Below, in pieces: positions 37,826 through 47,489 of a stretch of DNA of 64,000 nt. A model generated the notes under the pieces. It saw only the letters and a program-made list of their open reading frames with translations. It was not told the DNA's origin and made no database searches. The stretch lies in the NCBI GenBank assembly GCA_026415655.1, contig JAOAGR010000002.1:64094-128093 (forward strand), in the 5' to 3' direction. How positions within the stretch are numbered: position 1 is the first letter of the stretch; every line of letters starts with the position of its first letter. Source of the DNA: Candidatus Dojkabacteria bacterium. Lineage in GTDB: Bacteria; Patescibacteriota; Dojkabacteria; JAOAGR01. Made by a program: the position numbers and the translations under genes.

Positions 37826-40471
37826 ATGGATAATTTTATTAATGAAAATTTTAGTAAAAATGCCATCCAAGCAATCAAAACAGCTATGGATGTATGCGTA
37901 AGAGTAGGAGATTCTTCACTCATGATTGAGCATATTTTTGTTGGGATTTTGCATGTTAAAGAAGGTATTGGAGCAAAGATACTCTCAAGGTTAGGTCTCG
38001 ATCCTGATGCTACTATTACGAGTATAGAACATGAATTGTCCAAAAGAATAGAAGTAGACAATCAGGACAAAAAGGTAGATGTGATTCAGATTACGCTTTC
38101 TGAGAGTGTCAAAGAACTTCTAAGAAGGTCTTATGAAGTAGCATCAGAGATGAATCATCCTTATGTGGGTACTGAGCATATATTGCTGTCTATATTAAAA
38201 TTTTCTGATAATCCGTTTGTACAAGAATTGCATAGATTAGGTATCACCTATGAACGTATTCAAAAAGAGATTGAAGAGTTTGTGACATACCCGGTTTATA
38301 ACCGTGTCAACAATAATTCACAGGTTGATAAACCTGAAAATCAAGACAATAAACAAGTTCCACCAACGCCAAGTATGCCACCATTTATACCGGGAATCGG
38401 AAATATCAATCCTAAGGCTTTATTAAACGATATGATGAAGATGTTTGGAGGTGGGCCAGGCGGATATAGTCCTGAAGGGTCATCTTTTCTAGAAACATAT
38501 GGAAGAAATCTCACTTTAGAAGCTAAAAAAGGTAAATTAGATCCTGTGATTGGTAGAGAGGAAGAAATTTTGAGAGTAATGCAAGTATTAGCTCGCAGGA
38601 CCAAAAATAATCCGATACTACTTGGAGATGCGGGTGTGGGAAAGACTGCTGTGGTTGAGGGGCTAGCTCAATATTTGATCTCTGAAGAGGCATCTCCTGT
38701 GCTTTCTAATTTTGAAATATGGTCCATTGATATTTCATCAATTATTGCTGGATCACAATTGCGTGGTGATGTGGAGGGTAAAATATTAGAGCTCATAAAG
38801 GAAGTTACATCAAAAGGCAATATTATCCTTTTCATAGATGAAATTCATACGATTATGGGGGCTGGTGCAACAACAAATAGTTCATTGGACGTGGCAAATA
38901 TATTAAAACCTGCTCTTGCAAGGGGTACTCTCAGATGTATAGGTGCAACAACCGTTGATGAATACAAACAACATTTTGACAATGATCCAGCTCTGCAACG
39001 TAGATTTATGCCTGTGTACATAGAAGAAATGAGTCCAGAGGATACTTTTGCCATTTTAAAAAATCTAAAGCCAATTTATGAAAATTATCACAACGTACAG
39101 ATAGAAGATAGTGCCCTATGGGCGGCTATAAATCTCACAAATAGATTTATTACAGATAGATATTTACCAGATAAGGCCATCGATGTCATAGATGAGGCTT
39201 GTTCTAAAAATAAAATCGAAAGAATAAAGATACCTAAGAAATTTAGAGAATTAAATGCGCAATTGGCAAATGTACGTTTAGCAAAGTATGATGCTGAAAA
39301 GAATGGTGACATAGATAAGGCAGCAGAACTTTTAAATCAAGAAAAAGAACTTACAAAAAAGATCGAGTCAGAAGCTAAGAAAATGCAGAAAAAATGGAAC
39401 ACGCAAAATAAATCTATAACTGTAAAAGATATAAGAAATATCATTGCAAAATGGAGTAAAGTACCATTGGCTACAGTGAGTGATGATGTGGAAACTTTAA
39501 TCAAAAAATTAGAAAAAGACCTAAGAGACAATGTCATTGGTCAGGACCACGCAGTGGATTTAGTTGTTAGTGCTATCAAAAGATCAAAAGCTGGATTGGC
39601 AGGTTATGATAGACCTTTAGCATCATTTCTTTTTGTTGGTGCCACAGGTGTTGGAAAAACAGAATTAGCAAAACAACTTGCAAAATCACTTTTTGGCTCT
39701 AAAGATGACCTTATACAGGTGGATATGAGTGAGTTTATGGAGTCTCATAGTGTATCAAAGCTTATCGGTTCGCCACCTGGATATGTAGGTTATGATCAGG
39801 GAGGACAATTGACAGATAAAGTACGTGAAAACCCATTTAGCGTGGTGCTATTTGATGAGATAGAAAAGGCGAGTCCTGATGTGTTAAATATACTTTTGCA
39901 AATTTTGGACGAAGGTAAGCTGACTGACAGCAAGGGAAGAACAGTTAATTTTAAAAATACCATAATCATAATGACCTCAAATATCGGTGCCGAGTTTGTA
40001 GGTAAAGATTCAAAAGTTGGTTTTTATCTTAAAAAAAAGGAAGAAACAAAAACTAATAAATATGAAAAAGCTTTGGCAGATATAAAAGAAAGAATTGTTG
40101 AAAGTTTAAAAGAATATTTGTCACCTGAATTTTTAAATCGAATAGATGATATTGTTGTATTTAGAGAATTAAATAAGTCAGATGTTGAAAAAATAACAAA
40201 ATTGCAACTTCAAAATCTTGCGAACAGATTGAAAAAAGAATTAAAAGTAGTTATTAAGAATTATGATTCACCTAAAATTGTTAAAGAAACAACGAGATTA
40301 GGCTATTCTGAAGAATACGGTGCACGTGAATTACGCAGAATTATTACATCCATGATTGAGACCAAAGTAGCTGATTTTATTATCAGCAAAAAATGGGATC
40401 CGGATGCTAAAAATGTTCTAAATATAAAGTTGCAAGTCAAAAACGGATCATTTATTGTAAGTGAAGCATAA
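37826..40471 (+). CDS. clpC: ClpC-type AAA+ chaperone/protease subunit (VGF ClpP-docking loop present)
   Basis: Double Clp-N domain, GDAGVGKT, FIDE, short M-domain, GATGVGKT, GYVG, FDEIEKA and KVGF. Confidence 0.92.
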   Translation: MDNFINENFSKNAIQAIKTAMDVCVRVGDSSLMIEHIFVGILHVKEGIGAKILSRLGLDPDATITSIEHELSKRIEVDNQDKKVDVIQITLSESVKELLRRSYEVASEMNHPYVGTEHILLSILKFSDNPFVQELHRLGITYERIQKEIEEFVTYPVYNRVNNNSQVDKPENQDNKQVPPTPSMPPFIPGIGNINPKALLNDMMKMFGGGPGGYSPEGSSFLETYGRNLTLEAKKGKLDPVIGREEEILRVMQVLARRTKNNPILLGDAGVGKTAVVEGLAQYLISEEASPVLSNFEIWSIDISSIIAGSQLRGDVEGKILELIKEVTSKGNIILFIDEIHTIMGAGATTNSSLDVANILKPALARGTLRCIGATTVDEYKQHFDNDPALQRRFMPVYIEEMSPEDTFAILKNLKPIYENYHNVQIEDSALWAAINLTNRFITDRYLPDKAIDVIDEACSKNKIERIKIPKKFRELNAQLANVRLAKYDAEKNGDIDKAAELLNQEKELTKKIESEAKKMQKKWNTQNKSITVKDIRNIIAKWSKVPLATVSDDVETLIKKLEKDLRDNVIGQDHAVDLVVSAIKRSKAGLAGYDRPLASFLFVGATGVGKTELAKQLAKSLFGSKDDLIQVDMSEFMESHSVSKLIGSPPGYVGYDQGGQLTDKVRENPFSVVLFDEIEKASPDVLNILLQILDEGKLTDSKGRTVNFKNTIIIMTSNIGAEFVGKDSKVGFYLKKKEETKTNKYEKALADIKERIVESLKEYLSPEFLNRIDDIVVFRELNKSDVEKITKLQLQNLANRLKKELKVVIKNYDSPKIVKETTRLGYSEEYGARELRRIITSMIETKVADFIISKKWDPDAKNVLNIKLQVKNGSFIVSEA

Positions 40472-40968
40472 TGAAATTTAACAGTAACAAAATCGGATAC
40501 ATCATTGTTATTTTTTTGTTTTTTTACGCTTTTTTACCTACTATTGCTCCTGTTTTAGTGTGGCTTGGAGATACTGCTATTTCTAGCTGGATATATAGTA
40601 TCTATTCATTTTTTTGTCATCAAAAATCTAGTAGGTCTATATTTATTTGCGGTAATCAATGTGGATTATGTGCTAGATGCACATTTATATGGTGGTCGAT
40701 GTTTTTTTCTGCTTTTTATACATTTGTAGGTTTTGCTAAATATTATATTAAACCGTTGCATTGGGCTGTAGCAGCAGGTTTTATGTTGCCAATGATTTTG
40801 GATGGTGGTTTACAATTTATCGCGACTCTTGTATCTATTTATACGCAAACAGATCCTTTTTACGAATCCACAAATACAATACGAGCGATTACAGGATCAC
40901 TTTTTGGTGTAGGACTTGGACTTTTTATATTTCCGTTGTTAAAAATAGATCTGAATAATGGTAAATAA
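40471..40968 (+). CDS. DUF2085-like membrane protein
   Basis: FFCHQ..RS...CARC, PMILDG..Q and YESTN.IR.ITG motifs. Confidence 0.85.
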   Translation: MKFNSNKIGYIIVIFLFFYAFLPTIAPVLVWLGDTAISSWIYSIYSFFCHQKSSRSIFICGNQCGLCARCTFIWWSMFFSAFYTFVGFAKYYIKPLHWAVAAGFMLPMILDGGLQFIATLVSIYTQTDPFYESTNTIRAITGSLFGVGLGLFIFPLLKIDLNNGK

Positions 40969-41521
40969 AAGTAACTTAATTTTATTCTCACGTATTGTGT
41001 CTTATGTTTTTGAACCTATATTTATATATTTTATTGCAATGGGCTATCATTTATTCATCAGAGCAAAAATAGACCTGTTTTCTTATGAGTTTTTCCTATA
41101 TTTTGTGCTACCAGTATTGTTATCAATTTTATTTTTGAAAATTTATGGAGTTAAAAAGATTGATTTGAGCAATTATGCTTTAAGAAAAAAATTAGTTTTT
41201 AAAATTTATCCTATATTTGTAGCCGTGATGTTGATTTCTATATTTTTGATCAAAGACCTGAAAACTCATATTTTTCTTACTTTATGTATGTCATTGTGGG
41301 TGATAAGCCTTCTTTACACTAAAACAAGTGCACATGTTTATTTTTTTGTTACATTGCCTTCTATTATAAATTTAGATGTAGGATTAGTATCTCTAATACT
41401 TATTGCTTCTACTTTCATTGCTTATGCACGTTATCAATTAAATAAACATACATTGAGAGATTTATCAGCGGCGTATTTTTTTTCAATTTTGTATTATATT
41501 TCGTATTTTATTTTAGTCTGA
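40958..41521 (+). CDS. PAP2-like membrane protein
   Basis: KTSAH and ARYQLNKHTLRD resemble PAP2 motifs C2 and C3. Confidence 0.55.
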   Translation: MVNKSNLILFSRIVSYVFEPIFIYFIAMGYHLFIRAKIDLFSYEFFLYFVLPVLLSILFLKIYGVKKIDLSNYALRKKLVFKIYPIFVAVMLISIFLIKDLKTHIFLTLCMSLWVISLLYTKTSAHVYFFVTLPSIINLDVGLVSLILIASTFIAYARYQLNKHTLRDLSAAYFFSILYYISYFILV

Positions 41522-41589
41522 TTTGCGAGGTTATTATGTATATGATCAGGATTGCTTAGACAATAGTCTTATGCTAAAATCCAAATTAC

Positions 41590-41665
41590 GGGCTCGTAGT
41601 GTAGTGGTTAACATGCCTCCCTGTCACGGAGGAGATCGAGGGTTCGAGTCCCTTCGGGCCCGCCA
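41590..41665 (+). tRNA. tRNA-Asp (anticodon GTC)
   Basis: GGGCTCG...CGGGCCC-G-CCA; anticodon arm CCTCC-CTGTCAC-GGAGG. Confidence 0.96.
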
Positions 41666-41683
41666 ATAAAATTTTTTAAGAAG

Positions 41684-41959
41684 ATGGCAAACTTAAAATC
41701 GTCAAAAAAAGATATAAGACGTATCGAAAGGCGTACAGCTCGTAGAAAACCTTTTGCACGTAATGCAAAATTATTCCCTAAAAAACTAGAGAAACTTATT
41801 GCGCAAGGAAAAACACAAGAAGCACAAGAATTCTTACCCTTAGTATTTAAGACTTTAGACAAAGCTGCAAAGCAAAACATTATCCACAAAAATAAAGCTG
41901 CTAGGATCAAATCAAGAGTTTCTAAAAAGTTATATGCATTAGTTTCTCAGGCCAGCTAA
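41684..41959 (+). CDS. rpsT: 30S ribosomal protein S20
   Basis: MANLKSSKK and LDKAAK..IIHKNKAARIKSR motifs. Confidence 0.97.
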   Translation: MANLKSSKKDIRRIERRTARRKPFARNAKLFPKKLEKLIAQGKTQEAQEFLPLVFKTLDKAAKQNIIHKNKAARIKSRVSKKLYALVSQAS

Positions 41960-42570
41960 TGTATATTGTAGGTATTGATGAAGCTGGTAGGGGACCATGG
42001 GCTGGTCCTCTTTTTGTTGCACTCACGGTCATAAATTATGAAAATTTATACAGGTTTATCGAATTGGGTGTTGATGATTCTAAAAAATTATCAGCAAAAA
42101 AAAGAGATAAACTGTTTGAATTTATAGTTTCAAATGTAGATTATTATTCTGTTTTATCAGCAGATGTCGATCTGATTGACAAACTTGGCGTTTATAAGAC
42201 TACGAAAAAACTTATTCAAGATCTTGTTTTTGAATTACCCATAAAATATATGTTTGATTCGAAAATAAAAATAGATGGGGTTTTTGATTCTTTAGACTTG
42301 AAAAGCCGGTGTATTAATTCTCACATAGATTTTGAATGTATTATTGATGGCGACATGAAAGAGGTGTGCATATCTGCAGCCTCTATTGTTGCTAAGGTTC
42401 TAAGGGATAGGGAAATGATTCGACTAGCATCTTTATATCCACAATATGGATTTGATAAACACAAGGGATATGGAACTAAATCTCATATTGAAGCATTGAA
42501 AAAATATGGTGTTTCCCCAGTACATAGAAAAAGTTTTAAACCTATACAGAAATTTTTGGCTTTTTTTTAA
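41959..42570 (+). CDS. rnhB: Ribonuclease HII
   Basis: GIDEAGRGPWAGP, DSKKL, ISAASIVAKV.RD, HKGYGT and HRKSF motifs. Confidence 0.97.
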   Translation: MYIVGIDEAGRGPWAGPLFVALTVINYENLYRFIELGVDDSKKLSAKKRDKLFEFIVSNVDYYSVLSADVDLIDKLGVYKTTKKLIQDLVFELPIKYMFDSKIKIDGVFDSLDLKSRCINSHIDFECIIDGDMKEVCISAASIVAKVLRDREMIRLASLYPQYGFDKHKGYGTKSHIEALKKYGVSPVHRKSFKPIQKFLAFF

Positions 42571-42925
42571 ATCTCCAATAAATTATCTCTCTACCAATTT
42601 CAGCTATTAATGTCTCAAAATCATCTGTCTCCGGATCAAATAGTATTTCAAGAGTTGTATTATCTGTAAAAATGATCAGTATATAATCAGCGTGTATTTT
42701 GATTACATGATAGTTAAATTGATCAATAATTTCATTAATGACTTCAACTTTTCCATCGGCAAGTTTGGACACTTCATTTATATGAACTATTGTCAAATTA
42801 TCACCAAGTTCTTCTTTTAAGATGTTGTAAGCACTATTCATCATCTCCTCAATCTCTGACCAAACAACAACAACTTCTTTTGTAGACTCACATTTGTGCA
42901 GTTGATATGAAAATAATTTTCTCAT
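42542..42925 (-). CDS. Hypothetical protein
   Basis: 127-aa acidic ORF whose start overlaps the sufS stop by 4 bp. Confidence 0.7.
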   Translation of the reverse strand: MRKLFSYQLHKCESTKEVVVVWSEIEEMMNSAYNILKEELGDNLTIVHINEVSKLADGKVEVINEIIDQFNYHVIKIHADYILIIFTDNTTLEILFDPETDDFETLIAEIGREIIYWRFKKKPKISV

Positions 42926-44148
42926 CTGAATATTTTTTTAATTTCTTTTAATGCGTTAATAAATATATCTATTTCTTCCATAGTATTGTAGAAGCATAAA
43001 GATGCTCTTGCAACAGAATTTACTTTTAGTTCGTTCATAATAATCTGTGTGCAATTATGTCCTGTGCGGATTGCTATACCAAAATCATCAAGTATAGTCC
43101 CTACATCATGGGAGTGTACACCTTCAATATTAAATGAAAATATTGGTAAACGTTTCTTATGACTTTTTGACCCATAAAGTGTCAAAAAATTAATATCTAG
43201 TAACTTTTCCAGCATATATTTTGTAAGTTCTTCTTCGTATACCTTTATATTCTCAACACCGATTGATTGGATAAATTTTATTGATGCGTCGAATGCTATT
43301 ACATCGGCTATATTTGGTGTGCCAGCCTCAAATTTATAGGGAATGTCAGCATAAGTTGTATTTTCTCGTGTTACGGTTTTTATCATATCGCCACCGCCCA
43401 TCAGGGGTGTCATTTCTTGTAATAGAGTTTTTTTTCCTATGAGTATTCCTACTCCTGTTGGTCCTAAACATTTGTGTGCTGAGAATGTAAAGAAATCAGT
43501 ATTAATTTGAGTTATATTAACATCAAAATGCCCACAAGCTTGAGCACCATCCACGATGATAATGGCATCGGGATTTTTTTGTCGGATTTTACGGATTATT
43601 GTTTCAACATCATTTATAGATCCAAAAGTATTTGAAACATAAGAGATGGAAACTATTTTTGTGTTTTGATCCACTTTGTCTACTAGATCATCTATATCAA
43701 TATAACCTTCATTTGTAAACTTAGCATATCTAGTCTCAAATTTGCGGTATTTTCTTAAAATCTGCCATGGAACTATATTAGAATGATGTTCAAGATCAGT
43801 AAGTACGATGTTACTTTCCTCTGTAATCAATTCTATACAACCATAAGCAACTATATTTATACTTTCAGTATCATTTTTAGTAAAAATTATTTCATATTCT
43901 TCAGATACATGAAGAAAATTTTTTATTGTATTGCGTACATTTTCATATTTTTCAGTTGCTTCTTGGGATAATGTGTGCACCCCCCTATGAATATTTGCAT
44001 TATAATTTTCATAATATTCGACTAAAGCATCTATCATTACTCTAGGCTTTTGTGTAGTTGCAGCATTATCAAAATATATTAAATTTTTGCCATTTATTTT
44101 TCTTTTAAGTATTGGAAACTGTTTGCGAATATCTGATACATTAAACAT
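42922..44148 (-). CDS. sufS: SufS-type cysteine desulfurase
   Basis: YFDNAATTQKP, EHHSN, DGAQ, SAHK, FEAGTP and RTGHNC motifs; ATG 44148 preferred. Confidence 0.95.
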   Translation of the reverse strand: MFNVSDIRKQFPILKRKINGKNLIYFDNAATTQKPRVMIDALVEYYENYNANIHRGVHTLSQEATEKYENVRNTIKNFLHVSEEYEIIFTKNDTESINIVAYGCIELITEESNIVLTDLEHHSNIVPWQILRKYRKFETRYAKFTNEGYIDIDDLVDKVDQNTKIVSISYVSNTFGSINDVETIIRKIRQKNPDAIIIVDGAQACGHFDVNITQINTDFFTFSAHKCLGPTGVGILIGKKTLLQEMTPLMGGGDMIKTVTRENTTYADIPYKFEAGTPNIADVIAFDASIKFIQSIGVENIKVYEEELTKYMLEKLLDINFLTLYGSKSHKKRLPIFSFNIEGVHSHDVGTILDDFGIAIRTGHNCTQIIMNELKVNSVARASLCFYNTMEEIDIFINALKEIKKIFR

Positions 44149-44168
44149 GTTATGATTATACAACGATT

Positions 44169-44939
44169 ATGCGCGGAAATATAAAAGCTCTTTTATTCTT
44201 CTTGCAGGATTATAATATAGATTTTGTTCAATATGATAAGAACTTCATTGAGGTAAAGTGTGGTTCCAAGAAGTTACTCTTTATCAACTGTCGTGTGCCT
44301 TTTAATGACCATTCAACATCTTCTCTTTTTACAGATAAGTATTTTACTTATCTATTTCTTAAAGATCACATAAAAATGCCAACTACACATTTTTATCTTG
44401 ATCCTTATATAGAAAAAAAATTCTCTAGATATAGAAAGTTTAAAGATTACCAATCAATAATAGACGACATAAACTCACATTTTACTATTCCTTTAGTATT
44501 GAAGCCCAATAGACTATCAAGGAGAAGAAACTTCTTTTTGATAGATGATTCGGCAAAAATAGAAATAGCCGTTCGACGGATTTTTGATCACAAAAGTAAA
44601 AATTATGATTATGGTATGATATCTCAAGAATTTGTTAATATAAAGGAAGAGTATAGAGTAATTGTTATAGCTAACGAAGTTAAACTTGTATATAAAAAGT
44701 GGAGATTTATCAAGATCCATGAGAGGAATATTTTAGACAGAATAGAAACAGTTGTTCAGAACATTACAAAATTTGTAGATCTAAATTTTGTAGGTATAGA
44801 TATAGTTAAAAATAAAGACGAGGAGATATTTTTATTAGAAATAAATAGTGCACCCGATTTTGGACCGTACATCAAACATAATAATATTCAAGATATAGTA
44901 GAAATTTACAAATTTGCTTTTGAGAAATATGTATTTTAA
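44169..44939 (+). CDS. Short ATP-grasp protein (RimK/cyanophycin-synthetase-like)
   Basis: DKYFTY, PLVLKPN, QEFV..EYRV, GIDI and LEINSAP motifs. Confidence 0.8.
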   Translation: MRGNIKALLFFLQDYNIDFVQYDKNFIEVKCGSKKLLFINCRVPFNDHSTSSLFTDKYFTYLFLKDHIKMPTTHFYLDPYIEKKFSRYRKFKDYQSIIDDINSHFTIPLVLKPNRLSRRRNFFLIDDSAKIEIAVRRIFDHKSKNYDYGMISQEFVNIKEEYRVIVIANEVKLVYKKWRFIKIHERNILDRIETVVQNITKFVDLNFVGIDIVKNKDEEIFLLEINSAPDFGPYIKHNNIQDIVEIYKFAFEKYVF

Positions 44940-44940
44940 A

Positions 44941-45852
44941 TTATCTGATCGCTTTTTCGAGCACGGGTTTTATACCGATCTCATAATTTTGATTTCCTAC
45001 GATTTTTGCCAACAAATTATATGTTTTGGTTTGGCTGGTTTTGCCATCCAAAGTTTTTGTTGTTACCTCTTTAATTTCGTATAAATAAAAAGTAGGTGTT
45101 CCGGTAGTACCCAAAATGTCACTACTGAACCCAGAAATTTTTCTGACGTGCTCTTCATATTGGCCCGAATTTATACATGATTCAAATTTATTAATATCTA
45201 ATGTTTTGCTTGATTTTATGCTATTAAAATATTCTTTTGCCTTATTTAGATCAAATGCCGTAAAATTTTTATAATATATTGTTTTTAATTCAAAAAATGC
45301 TTTAGCATCCTGTTCTCCAGCACAATATAAAGATGAATGCTTTTTTATATCGCCTAAGCCTTGTTTGTCTATAAAAATATAGGTGAGTTTGCCTGTGATC
45401 AAAAAATCACGGGAGAGTTTTTCAAAACTAGAGTCCCTGTTTTGCTGATATCCATGAAACTTTGCACAATTTATACAATCTAAATCGCTGTTTTCAACAA
45501 ATATATATTTTGCGTTTACGTTGTAAGTAAGTATCGGCTGGCCTTCTAATACACTATTTGTAGAGTCATAGTTTTGTGGTATTTTAAAAGAGTAAAATGC
45601 GTATTTTGGTAATATATAAATTAAATTTTTATATATAACATTATGTAAATTGAAAGCAAAAATAAATGTAACCGATACAATGAGACTGCTAACAATAATA
45701 CTTATGGATACTAATAAATTAAAATTGTACTTAAATTTTTTTAATTTACTTTCAATTCGTGGAAATTTTAAATCAAAACTCTGGAATCTCAGTAGAAGAT
45801 TGTGTATTTGTGATTGTATTCGTTTGATTAGAAGTGGTATCGATCTTTTCAT
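44941..45852 (-). CDS. Membrane-anchored DsbA/thioredoxin-fold protein
   Basis: SDLDCINCAKFH, YCAGEQ, FESCINSG and GTPTFY motifs; start uncertain. Confidence 0.85.
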   Translation of the reverse strand: MKRSIPLLIKRIQSQIHNLLLRFQSFDLKFPRIESKLKKFKYNFNLLVSISIIVSSLIVSVTFIFAFNLHNVIYKNLIYILPKYAFYSFKIPQNYDSTNSVLEGQPILTYNVNAKYIFVENSDLDCINCAKFHGYQQNRDSSFEKLSRDFLITGKLTYIFIDKQGLGDIKKHSSLYCAGEQDAKAFFELKTIYYKNFTAFDLNKAKEYFNSIKSSKTLDINKFESCINSGQYEEHVRKISGFSSDILGTTGTPTFYLYEIKEVTTKTLDGKTSQTKTYNLLAKIVGNQNYEIGIKPVLEKAIR

Positions 45853-46054
45853 GATATAAATATTTTCTATTATATACTGTTTTAAGAAGAATTTCATTAT
45901 AGGGTTGAGGAAGTACAATATTAGTCTGTTCTATTAGCTTTGGATCTACTTCAAATTTGCTAGATTGATGAAAAAATTCTGCAGCTATCCATATTATTGA
46001 TCCTACTATTACTATTCCTAAAAATATTGATATGCGCAGTGATATAGATTGCAT
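45773..46054 (-). CDS. Small membrane-anchored hypothetical protein
   Basis: TM helix ISIFLGIVIVGSIIWIAA; Thr/Asn-rich tail. Confidence 0.6.
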   Translation of the reverse strand: MQSISLRISIFLGIVIVGSIIWIAAEFFHQSSKFEVDPKLIEQTNIVLPQPYNEILLKTVYNRKYLYHEKIDTTSNQTNTITNTQSSTEIPEF

Positions 46055-46208
46055 AATAAATACTAACAATCATGAGTTTATTTTACAAGTATAAAATTTA
46101 TCTTATTGAACTTGCTATCACATTTAACATAAATGCAAGAGTTAAAATGCCGACTAAGATAAAAACAAACAAAAATACTATACGAGTTATATTATTGTTC
46201 ATATAAAT

Positions 46209-47489
46209 TTAAATTTTTATTATCATTCCTTTTTGTTTTGTAGGCGTAGTATAAAATTCTATTTCCGAATTTTCAAATTTTTTAGCTAAATCTATCTCTA
46301 GATGTACAATTGGTACTCTGTTTTTATTACGCGAGTTAGTGTATATGGCATTATTAATAACCAATCTAAAAGTACGACCGTTTTTGTTTTTCATCCCAGA
46401 AAGACTAAAACAATAAACAAAATTGGAATTATTGAAATTAAATAAGGGCTGTGTTTTTATTCCTTCAAATGTCAAGTTGTTAAAATGAACAAATTCTACT
46501 GTGGGAGTGTCTAAGCTGAATTTTAAATAATTCTTATTATCACCAAAAGGAACATTTAGTTTACCCAACCTAACAATATATTGCTTTTCTGCGACTGTAC
46601 CATATGAGGTGAATCTATATGACCCCGGCTGTTGTTTTAACATCGGATCATAAGCGATACTTGCCCTACCAAATAATTTTCTTTTTTCAATAAAGTCCTG
46701 AATTTTATATATTGATTTGTCTAATACAATGTTTGTCGAAGAAAAATTGGATAAGAAAAATTCTGTAAGTATTTCCTCGGTGGCTTGTGGACTGAAAACT
46801 ATCGAGCTGTTTTGTAGATTTGCTGTTTTTACTTCTTTAGATTTTTCAAAGAATTCATAATAGTTTCCCACAAATGATAAAATATCGCTAATCTCCTTTA
46901 GTGATGGTTGATAAGATACTGTGTAACTCCAATTTACTACTTTAGGTATAGTTATTTTTAAATCAAACTTAGTATATATAAATTCTTCAGTTATACCACG
47001 AGAACTGTAGAGATATTTGGTTCCATCTATTACTTCTAGATTATAATCTAAGCGTATATTGAGTATTTTGGCTGTTTCTTCTATTAGTTTTATTATCTTG
47101 AATAAATATTCTGGCTCGTAAATAGAATTTGATAATTGTCTGTCATTACATATAACAAGAGGATAAAGACTTTTTGATGGTATAAATATTTTTTCATTAT
47201 CACAAAGAGATAACCTGTTTTCATAAGCTGTTTCTATCCATTCATCAATTTTGTTCAAATAGGTGTTGTCAACTTCACCTTCAGAATATTCCATATCGTT
47301 CCAAACAATCGTATAGAGACCCTTTGAATTTTCTTCTATTTCTATAGGTTTATTTAAATGATGGTTTTTATCAATTTTGTTGTTGAATTCAACTTTATAA
47401 TATTCATTGTTGTAAAGAACATAATCAACTATCTGCTTTTTAGAAAGTAAATTTTGCAATTTTTGAGCGAGCTTTTCGGTTAAATTCAT
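46209..47489 (-). CDS. PmbA/TldE-like protein
   Basis: YSSRG, IVFSPQA and YDPM...PGSYRFTSYGT....IVRLGKL resemble TldD/PmbA C-terminal motifs. Confidence 0.7.
   Translation of the reverse strand: MNLTEKLAQKLQNLLSKKQIVDYVLYNNEYYKVEFNNKIDKNHHLNKPIEIEENSKGLYTIVWNDMEYSEGEVDNTYLNKIDEWIETAYENRLSLCDNEKIFIPSKSLYPLVICNDRQLSNSIYEPEYLFKIIKLIEETAKILNIRLDYNLEVIDGTKYLYSSRGITEEFIYTKFDLKITIPKVVNWSYTVSYQPSLKEISDILSFVGNYYEFFEKSKEVKTANLQNSSIVFSPQATEEILTEFFLSNFSSTNIVLDKSIYKIQDFIEKRKLFGRASIAYDPMLKQQPGSYRFTSYGTVAEKQYIVRLGKLNVPFGDNKNYLKFSLDTPTVEFVHFNNLTFEGIKTQPLFNFNNSNFVYCFSLSGMKNKNGRTFRLVINNAIYTNSRNKNRVPIVHLEIDLAKKFENSEIEFYTTPTKQKGMIIKI

Noticed and set aside
41880-41888. DnaA box TTATCCACA
   Set aside because: Single copy inside rpsT coding sequence; no origin context
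41608-41910. 100-aa minus-strand ORF
   Set aside because: Antisense to tRNA-Asp and rpsT
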